Positions 46,501 to 56,277 of a stretch of 64,000 nt of DNA are shown here, piece by piece. How positions within the stretch are numbered: the stretch's first letter is position 1; every line of letters starts with the position of its first letter. Source of the stretch: Corallochytrium limacisporum Hawaii (lineage: Eukaryota > Protista > Pluriformea); contig PDIP01000003.1 in the NCBI GenBank assembly GCA_002811645.1, forward strand, positions 496,001 to 560,000, in the 5' to 3' direction. A program made the translations under genes and the position numbers. The notes below the pieces were generated by a model. It worked only from the letters and a program-made list of their open reading frames with translations. It was not told where the DNA came from and did no database searches.

Positions 46501-46958
46501 TGCAGTGTGCTGCCAACACTCACGACTGGAGTGTTTCTGGGCGCAGTAAATTTTTTGTGCATGCATTTTGGCAATTGCTCTTCGGTCGCTGCGTACGTAC
46601 GCAGGGGCGATTGCATGGGTTCACTGCTACTACGATGAGTTGCTTCGGTGTTGATGTGTGGAACAGATGTTTCAAGTCTTGGTTTGCTTAAAGCTTGGTC
46701 CAATACTGTACAAGCGTGTCTTGCAGTGCGCACGTTAACAAGGTATAGGTGTTTGAACTGGGCCACCAATCCAGAGAACCAATTCGTGTAGCTGGTGCAT
46801 CAAGAAACCGCGACAGATAGTATAGGTTCATAGACGAACGAAGCAAAATTCAAGTGACATCAAGGAGACAAGAAAACAAAGCGGGTGAATGTTGTAGAGA
46901 ACTGGGAGACAAAATTTAGATAGCGTTAGGAAACTGACTGGCAAGTGCTACTGACATA

Positions 46959-48026
46959 ATGAGCTCTGCAACACTTGCCAACCGCGGCTCCACACAGAAG
47001 ATCAACGCCGGAGGACGTCCTTCCAACTCGTCCAAGGACTCTGCAGCAGCCAGGATGAAGTCGACTGGCAGCAAGGGAAGTCTCCGGTCTCTTTTCTCTA
47101 ATGAGAAAGGATGTTGTGAGGTGGACGGGTGCAGCACCACTTTTGGCATGATGAGGGTTCGTAACGAGTGCTCTCGCTGCAATGGAGCATTCTGTGCAGC
47201 CCACTGCTCGGGACAAATGCGCCTCAAGGATGGTCATCCAAGCCCTGATGGCAGCAAACAGAAAGTATGCATCAACTGCATGAACGAGGTCTTCCACAAC
47301 GTCTCTGAGGCTGGTTACTCAGAGAGCCGTACCGCATTGGAGAAGAAACTTAAGCGCCGCAGTGGTGTGCAGGAGCTGTTGGCCCGTAATGTGTTACATG
47401 GTGCTACATTCTGCGCTGATCCATGCAAGAGCTCTCCTCCTCAGGTCGTTCCGGACGCCGTGGCTGAGCCCACCGCCGAGAACGCCGCTTCCATCCAGAA
47501 GGCTGATGCAGCAGAGAGGCGCAAGAGGCGTGAATCCTTGAGCCTGAAGCTGGCGCAGCGACCCCAGGAGAATGAATTGAGGGACCGTGGTATTGTACCT
47601 GCCCAGACCCCTGAACAGAAACAACTGCAGACTGCCACCATTGTAAAGAGACTCAGCGCACATATCTCGCAGCGCCCTGACCTTGACAGGCTTAAGGATC
47701 AACACATTATTCGTGAAGGTGAGAGCCCGGCACACCAGCAGGAGATTGACGCCAAGCAACGGAGACGCATCAGTGCGAACCTTGACCACAAGCTCAAGCG
47801 CCGTCCTACGGTGACTGAGCTTGCGGAACGGAATATTATCAAATTCAACGAGTACGTTGACGTGATCCACACACACGACCCGTACGAGTACGACCGGCGG
47901 TGCGAGAAGACGTGGACTCGCCTTACAAACAAGGACAAGGTTGCGATCAAGAAGGAGCTGAACGAGTTCAAGCGCACCATGCCTGTCCATGAGGACAGTG
48001 TACAGAACACTCGCTTCCACTATTGA
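46959..48026 (+). CDS. PHACTR: Phactr-family (RPEL/PP1-binding) protein with N-terminal FYVE-type zinc finger
   Basis: Four RPEL-like motifs (LKRRSGVQELLARNVL; LAQRPQENELRDRGIV; ISQRPDLDRLKDQHII; LKRRPTVTELAERNII) and the Phactr PP1-binding C-terminus (IKFNEYVDV...YDRRCEKTWTRLT...KELNEFK..MPVHEDS..NTRFH); 8-Cys FYVE-like N-domain. Confidence 0.9.
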   Translation: MSSATLANRGSTQKINAGGRPSNSSKDSAAARMKSTGSKGSLRSLFSNEKGCCEVDGCSTTFGMMRVRNECSRCNGAFCAAHCSGQMRLKDGHPSPDGSKQKVCINCMNEVFHNVSEAGYSESRTALEKKLKRRSGVQELLARNVLHGATFCADPCKSSPPQVVPDAVAEPTAENAASIQKADAAERRKRRESLSLKLAQRPQENELRDRGIVPAQTPEQKQLQTATIVKRLSAHISQRPDLDRLKDQHIIREGESPAHQQEIDAKQRRRISANLDHKLKRRPTVTELAERNIIKFNEYVDVIHTHDPYEYDRRCEKTWTRLTNKDKVAIKKELNEFKRTMPVHEDSVQNTRFHY

Positions 48027-49554
48027 AAGTGTTGGGGATAGTAGTTTATGAAGAAGATCCATATTGTTTCAATATAGTTATTCATGCAACACTAGAGGTC
48101 ACTATCTGGGCCTCTCTCCTATTTGTTCGATGGCATAAACCTGAATTGAATTGATCTTCCAGTGTGCCAGAGGCAGGTGCTTCCACATCGGCCGAGACCA
48201 TGTCAAGAGAGTTGTTCGTTCCCATCATAAGGGATCAGTCACCAATTGTCAGTTGAACGGATCTTTGTCTGAGCATCACAGGTCGTATAGATGCCCGGGG
48301 CAACCAAAGGGAATAGAGTGAAGAAGCTGTTGCCTCTCTTGTAATGGGATCGCCGTGACAAACTGCAAGTAACCGCGGACCAACAGAGGCAGCGCATGGT
48401 AGGGACATATCTCACACAGCATCCCCAGACTCTCCCGTCGCCGGCCCACCACCCGCCTGTTCCAACAGAGGCCACACTGGGGGGAGTGAGGGCCGAGCTC
48501 TCTCTCTCCTCTCCCCCCCCCCCTTTTCTCCAGCAGCAAGTCTTTGAGTAGGAGGGCTTTAGAAAACGAGGCTCCCCAAATCAATCATTTCCTGTGCCCC
48601 ACCCCTCCCTTTCCTTCCCTACTTCCTGCCCCTTTTGGGAAGGGTCGTCTGTGATGTTTTGCGTGAAGTGCTCTGCTGCCATCTTCGCCTGTGCACTTCG
48701 ATAAAAGTGCAGGTGAATTCATATGTCGAGTATTCATCCGCGCCGCACTGCTGTTGCCACTGTTCCGGCGCTTGACACGCGCACACTCAAGATCTGCACC
48801 GCTGTGGCAACGGGCAAGGTTAGTACGTCTACTGGGCGATCATCTTGAGCAGAATGGTGCGGACAGCACATGTAGTGCGCACTGGCCCGAATCCCACCGT
48901 ACATGCCGTAGAGTTCTTCCCTTCCTTTCACGCCCTGAGCTCTTGCTATTTTGCACAGCCAAAGACAATCACGCTGCCAGCTATTCTCTGGACACCGGTC
49001 TGGCACACAGCTTCTCTAGATCTCTCCCTTCCGCCATTTCCCCTGCACAGTATTGAATGTACTGATGAACAACGAAATTGCACTGTTAGTGTACGCAAGT
49101 GGCAAGGTCAGCTGACGGTCAGGCCGGGAGGACCTATGCCCCAAAAGAAAACTGGAAATATTCACGTACACAGGTCATTGAATACAGGGGGAACCCCACC
49201 AGATGATGCAACAGAAGTACTTGGGATGGACCAGATCGATTGGAGGCGTCCGGAAAAGCGTGCAAAAAGAGGGGGGGTTCTCTTTAAAGCGGAGAGGAGG
49301 GAGGGGCCGGGGCTCCCGCCCAGTACCCCCACCACCACTGCACACCTGGAAGAAACCCAGGCATATTATTGGGACAGAAGGGTTGGGGGGGGGGTTGTGC
49401 AGACGGGTGACGCGGCGTGAAAAATCTGCGGGTCCCAGTCCGGTCGTACTTGCGTCCGTGGCCAGTTTGTACTGTTCCCCTTGCAAACTTCAGACCTTGC
49501 AAAGGCCAAAGTCATGCTAGGACAAAGAAGGGGGGGGGGGGGGGCACCGCCTCC

Positions 49555-49738
49555 NNNNNNNNNNNNNNNNNNNNNNNNNNNNNNNNNNNNNNNNNNNNNN
49601 NNNNNNNNNNNNNNNNNNNNNNNNNNNNNNNNNNNNNNNNNNNNNNNNNNNNNNNNNNNNNNNNNNNNNNNNNNNNNNNNNNNNNNNNNNNNNNNNNNNN
49701 NNNNNNNNNNNNNNNNNNNNNNNNNNNNNNNNNNNNNN
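49555..49738. other. Assembly gap (184 N) between G-runs
   Basis: N run. Confidence 0.99.
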
Positions 49739-50304
49739 GGGGGGGGGGAAACACCGCCTCCCGCCCCCCCGGCTTTCCCCCGAGAAGGGGGGGGGGGGTG
49801 CAGCATCTCCACATCATACTCACACGGCACCAAACCGTCGCTTCTCTCCTGCGCCTGCTCCATTTTTGGGACAAGTGTGCCGTGCAAGAAGAAGTGCTTC
49901 CGTCTGGCACGCACACAAAAGGGTTGCCAACTAACTTCAGTCCTGCGAGGACCGAAGGACTTTTTCTTTGCGAACCTTTCATCCCGCCGCAATCGAGCAG
50001 GGGCTTGTAGGGAGGGAGGCTTCGAAAGACCACTTTGTCTCGACGGACCCGTGTACACGTTTCTTATCATTTAGTAAACTAAAAGTGGCGATACCGGTCC
50101 ATTTCGATTGTGTGCGTAAAATTATGAATCTGCGTGAGATGTATCCCAAGTACAGAGCGGCAGAATTTGATTTCGAGAGGCGGCGTGGCTGGAGGCCCAA
50201 ACGTTCGAGTACCTATTTGGTATTCCAAGGCCAAATCCTACAAGTAAATAGAGGCATAAAAACTACATACATCTCTCGCAATCTCTTTTTTAAAATTGTT
50301 CAAC

Positions 50305-50901
50305 ATGGGTGCTAATCCTGCCAAGGGTATTTTTGACTTGAAGGGCAACCTCGCCTTCTATGGTGCCTACCACAATAACGGCATCAACCAGCTCATCCAC
50401 ATCATCTTTGTGCCGCAGATCCTGTGGTCTGCGCTGGTCTGGTTGAGCTACAGCGGTCCTCTGATTGACATCAAGCAGTTCTGGCCTGGGGCTCCCGATT
50501 ACATTGAGCTGAACGCCGCCTTCCTCCTGATCTCTGTCTACATCTCCTACTATTTGATCCTGACTCCCATTGCTGCCCTGCCCTACAGCTTCTTCCTCGC
50601 GTACTTGTGGATCAGCGCCGGTCAGTTCCGCGACGCACTTGGTGATGATGCAGTGACACTGTCCCTCATTGTTCATGCTACTGGCTGGGCTATGCAATTC
50701 ATCGGGCACGGTGTTGCTGAGGGTCGCAAGCCCGCTTTGATGGACAATCTGTTCCAGTCTGTGTTCCTCGCTCCGCTGTTCGTCTACCTCGAGGTTCTCT
50801 TCCACTTCGGTTACAACCCTCAGCTGCAAAAGGAGATCCAGGTTCTGGTCGCGGCTGACATTGCTGCTTTCAAGGCCGAAAGCAAGAAGAAAAGCAAGTA
50901 A
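50305..50901 (+). CDS. MPO1: Mpo1/DUF962 family ER membrane protein (2-hydroxy fatty acid dioxygenase-like)
   Basis: FYGAYHNN..NQLIHIIFVP, QFIGHGVAEGRKPALMDNL and APLFVYLE motifs; C-terminal KKKSK dilysine ER-retrieval signal. Confidence 0.9.
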   Translation: MGANPAKGIFDLKGNLAFYGAYHNNGINQLIHIIFVPQILWSALVWLSYSGPLIDIKQFWPGAPDYIELNAAFLLISVYISYYLILTPIAALPYSFFLAYLWISAGQFRDALGDDAVTLSLIVHATGWAMQFIGHGVAEGRKPALMDNLFQSVFLAPLFVYLEVLFHFGYNPQLQKEIQVLVAADIAAFKAESKKKSK

Positions 50902-51138
50902 AAGGGATTTATTCTTAAGTTCATTTTTTAACAAAGACAGGCTTTTTCACATACTGCGGACGTTGAATTTGGTTTGCGAAGCAGGGAACGTCATTGATTT
51001 GGGGCATGCGTAAAGGTGCCAGCGTTTGCGTAGGCCAACGTGTCCACGCACAAGCCATTACATTCCATTGCATTGCCTTAAAATGATAAATATCATAGTG
51101 CTAGTTTGATCTCAATGTATTTCTTTATCACATTTGGC

Positions 51139-51903
51139 TCACTGCTTGATGGCGACGAAACGAATCCGTACATAGTCGGCGTACAGTTCTCCATCCTCTG
51201 GGTCACGAATCTTGGGCATGACCAATTCCGTGGCCGTCTTGAACACTTTGTTTTGAGTCTCTTGGTCGAGGTCACCGACGATCGATTCTCCAAACATACG
51301 GTACCAGTCAAGGATACCATCTTCCATTACCGTCAAGGGGTGCTTCCTGGGAAAGATGTGGGCGTACGTGGTCATGAATCCATGACGATCCAACATGAAG
51401 CTAAAATCATTGATACCCCGGAAGGTCCATGGGCTGCGTTCCTCAAAGCTTGGGCTGATTTGATGTTTCTTCAAAGCCTCATCTATGGACCAACAGATCC
51501 ACTTAATATTGTTTTGGCCTCCGAATTCGCCCACAAAGCGACCCCCGGGCTTCAGAGCTGCATAGGCATTCGGCAGCACCTTCTCTTGGTCACACCAGTG
51601 TAGAGTTGCGGCGGTGATAATGGCATCAAATTCTCCAGAGTAGTCCAGAGCTTCCGCGGCGGCGATCCGGAATTCACAGTCTGGATACTTCTGGCGGGCA
51701 GCCTTGATCATTTCAGGACTAGAGTCAATGCCGACTGCGGTACAGTTGTGCTTATCCTTGAGGTCCTTAACTACCGCACCGAGGCCTGTGCCAATGTCCA
51801 GAATGTGTTCCCCTTCGGTAGGATCCATCAGATCAATCAGGCTCGTGGCCCATGCCTCCTGAGGAGACTTGAAGTTATCATATACGTTGGCGTCCCACTT
51901 CAT
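51139..51903 (-). CDS. Class I SAM-dependent methyltransferase (bacterial trans-aconitate-MT-like type)
   Basis: ILDIGTGLG motif I, GIDSSPEMI, FDAIITAATLHW, ALKPGGRFVGEFGG and C-terminal ADYVRIRFVAIK; first ATG at 51903. Confidence 0.9.
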   Translation of the reverse strand: MKWDANVYDNFKSPQEAWATSLIDLMDPTEGEHILDIGTGLGAVVKDLKDKHNCTAVGIDSSPEMIKAARQKYPDCEFRIAAAEALDYSGEFDAIITAATLHWCDQEKVLPNAYAALKPGGRFVGEFGGQNNIKWICWSIDEALKKHQISPSFEERSPWTFRGINDFSFMLDRHGFMTTYAHIFPRKHPLTVMEDGILDWYRMFGESIVGDLDQETQNKVFKTATELVMPKIRDPEDGELYADYVRIRFVAIKQ

Positions 51904-53857
51904 GTTTGCGTTTGCTTTGCGTTCTTCCTTGCGGTGGGCCCTGCACCGGTACGTCCACGTCGTGAGGCTGGACGGCATTTGCAGCATTTAAATAGCCGGC
52001 AGGTCACTCCGGAGGCTTCCATAATTGTCCATGTGCCTCTCTTGCAGGGAGGGTCGCGCAAGCCATGGATACGCAAGGTCCCATCCTGGACACCTTGAAA
52101 ACTCCTTGTTGGATAGCGGGCGTACGACGATATCCCTAATGGTCCGCTGCTTTATCAACAGTCAGCACCACCACTCCCTTGTTCTCTCTCGGTTTGCTGA
52201 CCGCCCCACCCACGTTTTCTTCAGCTACCACTAATCAGTACCTAAGCCATTGAAAGTTCACGACCCGTTCCGCACCAAATTTTCTAGTCAGCTTCCAGCG
52301 GGGAGATCCCGAACTGACGCAACTCCTAAAGAATATTCGGCAATCAGGACGTGTCCGGCTCCCACCGGACTGCTGCGCACGATCTCCAGCAGCGAATTTA
52401 CACAAAAAGGCACGAGTCCATGTGAGTGAGTTTTTCTCCGGGCCATACACCGGGGCCCTGAGATTACCCAGTAAAACTGCCTCGAAGTCTATCATTTATT
52501 GGTGCGCGGTGCCATCGTGTGTGTGTGGAACACACGAACCCGGGCGCAACGATTCCGAAGTATTTTAATTACCCAGGGCGAAAAACCAGGAGCGGACCCA
52601 AAGACCCAGTCCCAAGGCAAACAGGCAATGCACCAGGAAAATTCACAAAAATGGGGACTGGCATGCACCGAAATAGGGTCTAGACGGCCGCAGCAGCCTG
52701 TGGGCGCAGGGAAGGAGAGAGAGAGAGAGGGGATCCGAGCCACGCTCCACTCCCCCACTCCCGCCCCTCCCCGGAATTGATCATTTAGATAATTTCGATC
52801 AATATTATACACATCCGGAAGGCGCTGTATTTGCTGGTGGCGAAGGGGGGGTCCCGTCGTCCCAACGGCGCGACACATTCTTTGGTGCGGGACCGCTCTC
52901 CTCCTAGGACCTCGCGACTAATTTGCGCGGACGGTGTGGTGCCCGGGCACACATCTCATACATTGACTATACCCGGACCGTTACCCCAGTTGGTTCCCCG
53001 TTGCTGATAAACCCGACCGCCCGGACGGGATTAGGGAAGAAACCCCCACAGAGACCCCTCAAGCGGGCATGGCCATATTATATAGTGAATGTTCTGCAAC
53101 CATGCGCGTATCCAACAGCTTGCGTACCGAAGACAACCCATCCCCCGGTTAGGGCGCAGCAGCGAATTGACCGAGCCAACCTCAAAACCTGGAACATTCC
53201 AGTTCACCAAGCGTGCATTTTTGCCCGGATTGCAAAGCAAGCGCAGTGCCCACCACCACCTCCGAATAAACCCCACCCAAACCAACCCACCCGCTGGGGG
53301 GGGGGCTCTTCCCATTCTTTTTTGTTTGCCCCGCACTACTACCAACCAACACACAGTTTGTTTGACTTGGAGCAAAGCAAAGCACAACGGGATACCACCG
53401 ACCAACCACCCATTTCGTTTTCCTTTTAATTTTCCCAATTGTCTTTTCTCGTGCGCGAGCGTGTGTGTGTGTGTTGTGGCAGTCGTTCGGGGTCCCGGGT
53501 AGCTTTGCGGGACTGGGTGTGTGTGCTTTTGTTGCTCCTCCAGCACAGTGGTAGCTGGAATGAAGCATACCAGCCAAAAGGACCAGGCCAGTGACCAGGG
53601 TCGCGGAGTTGCGCTAGTGTGCCAGGGTCAAGTGAGCTTTCGCTTGCCGGGTTTGACGATACCCGATCCGATTACTGCCGTGTTCTCTGCATGGGGAGCA
53701 AACCCGTTTGGGTTATAAAGTGTCACAAGCATGGAGTAAAGTACCCAGGGCAAGATCATGTTTTATTTTGGTTCTAATACACGACTTTAAACCCCGGGCT
53801 GACTTCGCTACGGTACTCCCCTTCTCTCTCTCGCTCGCTCTGGGTTGTTTGTTTTGG

Positions 53858-53860
<3 letters not shown>

Positions 53861-53920
<60 letters not shown>
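53861..53920. repeat. (AG)30 microsatellite
   Basis: Read directly, ~540 nt upstream of the sthA ATG. Confidence 0.97.
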
Positions 53921-53924
<4 letters not shown>

Positions 53925-54462
53925 GAGGGAGGGGGTGTTCAGAGGCAAGGAGCGAGTTTTGTCGTTTTGCTTTTTAAATGTGCTTTTTCCGGGTTCATTG
54001 CACGGGGCCAGGGCAGTGGGGACGACCCGAAAGTTTTTTTTTTGTTTCGGTCGAGCCGACTGCTTATGTACCGGAAAGATGTCGTTTTTATCTCGCACCC
54101 GCTCCCCTCTCCCCCTGGACTGACCCATTCTCGGAGCACGCAAACCTTCACCATCTCCTTGGTGCCTATAGCCAATGTACCGAACTCATCTTCCGATCCG
54201 GAGTGTGTTGGGCGGGTTCCAAGGTTTGAACCCCTGCCAGTCTGAGGGTTCTCAGGCACACACAGCAATCAGCAGGGAGGGCGCCAATGTGGGTCAGTGG
54301 GCGTGAAACTTTCGGCAATGGGTAGGAGACTTTCCAACGTAGTTCAGAGCTCAGGCCGTACAGAAATAGAGCATGTACAAGATGACCGAGTAGTCGACAA
54401 GGTGATTTGAATGCAGAGACGTAACGAATCCACCCACATCGGCAAATCTGAGAGAATAAGTT

Positions 54463-56052
54463 ATGTCGAGGCTCACACGGCACCTGCGGTACCAGGTGCT
54501 GGGGCATCAGCGTCCGGCAGTGCCTGCCCTGGCCGTGACAGTCAAACGCTTCCTTTCTACCAGCGTACCTCACCAGGAAAACTTTGACTTGGTTGTTATT
54601 GGTTCCGGGCCTGCCGCACAGAAAGCTGCCATTGACTCTGCCAAGCGCAAGAAAAAGGTCGCTGTAGTAGACAAGGGCAAGTGGATCGGTGGCGTATGTG
54701 TGCATACAGGTACTATCCCCAGCAAGACCTTTAGGGAGGCTGTCCTGCACTTGACGGGGTACAGACATCAGGGCTTCTATGGCAAGTGGTACCAGCCGGT
54801 TCGGAACTTCACAGTCGAGGATATTCTGTATCGGGTTGGGTTTGTAGTAAAGCGCGAATTCGGTATTGTACGCGACCAGCTGCGGCGGAACGGCATCAAG
54901 GTGTTCACTGGTGTCGGTTCCTTCACAGATACTCACACTGTTGAGGTCCTCATGGACGAGGAGGTGAACGATAACCAGCAGAGTGCTTGGGGCGCAGAGG
55001 ATCTCAGTGCTCGGGAGGTCCATGAAGAGGGCCTCCGGAAGGCACAATTGCATGGCAAGAATTTCCTCATTGCCACAGGAACTCGTCCTGCTCGCCGTGC
55101 TGATGTCCCTTACAACGGCCGCAGCATCATCGACTCTGACGAACTCCTTAGCTATAATACGCAGATTCCCCGTGACATTATCGTGGCCGGAGCAGGTGTG
55201 GTAGGTGTGGAGTACGCAAGTATGCTGAACATTATCCCGGGCAGTCGCGTGACTATTGTGGATCCTCGCCCGCAAGTGCTGGACTTTGCGGACCGCGAGA
55301 TCATGGAGAGTCTGCAGCACACTATGCGTCAGGCAGGAGGACGGTTCCTGCTCGGAGAGAACATCAAGAATGTCGAATGTCTGCCCGACGAGCTCAGCCG
55401 AACGGGTGATCGCGTTAATGTGTACATGGAGAGTGGCAAGAAGATCAAGGGGGACGCCCTCCTGTGGACCATGGGGCGACAGGGTAACACAGACAAATTG
55501 GGTCTGGAGAATGTCGGTTTGACTGCCAACAAGCGCGGACTGCTGTCTGTCAATGAATTCTACCAGACGGAGGTACCCCACATTTACGCTGCCGGGGATT
55601 GCATCGGTTTCCCTGCTTTGGCCTCCTGCAGTATGGAACAGGGACGTCTCGTCAGTTGCCACATGTGGGGTGATAATGTTAAGGGCATCACGGACTTCTT
55701 CCCCTACGGTATCTACACAATCCCGGAGATCTCCATGGTGGGTAAGACTGAGCAAGAGCTGACTGCCGGAGGTCAGGCATACGAAGTCGGCATCGCAAAG
55801 TACGAAGAATTGGCCCGTGGACAAATGTTAGGTGGTGGCTTCGGGTTCCTGAAAATTCTCTTCTGTCCGGATACCTTGAAGCTGCTTGGAGTGCATGCCA
55901 TTGGTGAGGGTGCTACTGAGATTATCCACATTGGCCAGGTCGCACTGCAAATGGGTGCCACCATGAAATATCTCCGTGACACGGTCTGGAACTACCCCAC
56001 TCTAGCTGAAGCCTACCGTGTGGCTGCCTTGAATGGCATCCAGAAGCTGTAA
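54463..56052 (+). CDS. sthA: Soluble pyridine nucleotide transhydrogenase (SthA/UdhA) with mitochondrial presequence
   Basis: DLVVIGSGPA FAD motif; GGVCVHTGTIPSKTFRE (CxxxxT, not the CxxxxC disulfide); GAGVVGVEYA; PYGIYTIPEISMVG; NYPTLAEAYRVAALNG. Preceded by a ~35-aa Arg-rich, acid-free leader ending KRFLST. Confidence 0.93.
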   Translation: MSRLTRHLRYQVLGHQRPAVPALAVTVKRFLSTSVPHQENFDLVVIGSGPAAQKAAIDSAKRKKKVAVVDKGKWIGGVCVHTGTIPSKTFREAVLHLTGYRHQGFYGKWYQPVRNFTVEDILYRVGFVVKREFGIVRDQLRRNGIKVFTGVGSFTDTHTVEVLMDEEVNDNQQSAWGAEDLSAREVHEEGLRKAQLHGKNFLIATGTRPARRADVPYNGRSIIDSDELLSYNTQIPRDIIVAGAGVVGVEYASMLNIIPGSRVTIVDPRPQVLDFADREIMESLQHTMRQAGGRFLLGENIKNVECLPDELSRTGDRVNVYMESGKKIKGDALLWTMGRQGNTDKLGLENVGLTANKRGLLSVNEFYQTEVPHIYAAGDCIGFPALASCSMEQGRLVSCHMWGDNVKGITDFFPYGIYTIPEISMVGKTEQELTAGGQAYEVGIAKYEELARGQMLGGGFGFLKILFCPDTLKLLGVHAIGEGATEIIHIGQVALQMGATMKYLRDTVWNYPTLAEAYRVAALNGIQKL

Positions 56053-56098
56053 GACTGCGATCATGTTTAGTTTGAGCGAAGCATAAAATCCTATATCA

Positions 56099-56129
56099 AT
56101 ACCAAGTACGATACCAAGTACGATACCAA
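56099..56129. repeat. Tandem 12-mer ATACCAAGTACG x2.6 between the convergent sthA and E3 genes
   Basis: Read directly. Confidence 0.85.
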
Positions 56130-56277
56130 TTCAATTCATGAATAACTATCTCTTACAATGCTCCTCTTCAGGGGCATCATGATGGCTCTAATGTATATTC
56201 TAGTGGTCTTTGATTGTAGGGGGGTCTATGCAAATTACCGACAGTGCAGGACAGCGTGATCGTGTAGAACAAAAGAA

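Noticed and set aside
49530-49762. G-run plus CACCGCCTCC on both sides of the 184-N gap
   Set aside because: Most simply overlapping contig ends at a homopolymer rather than a real repeat; needs long reads.
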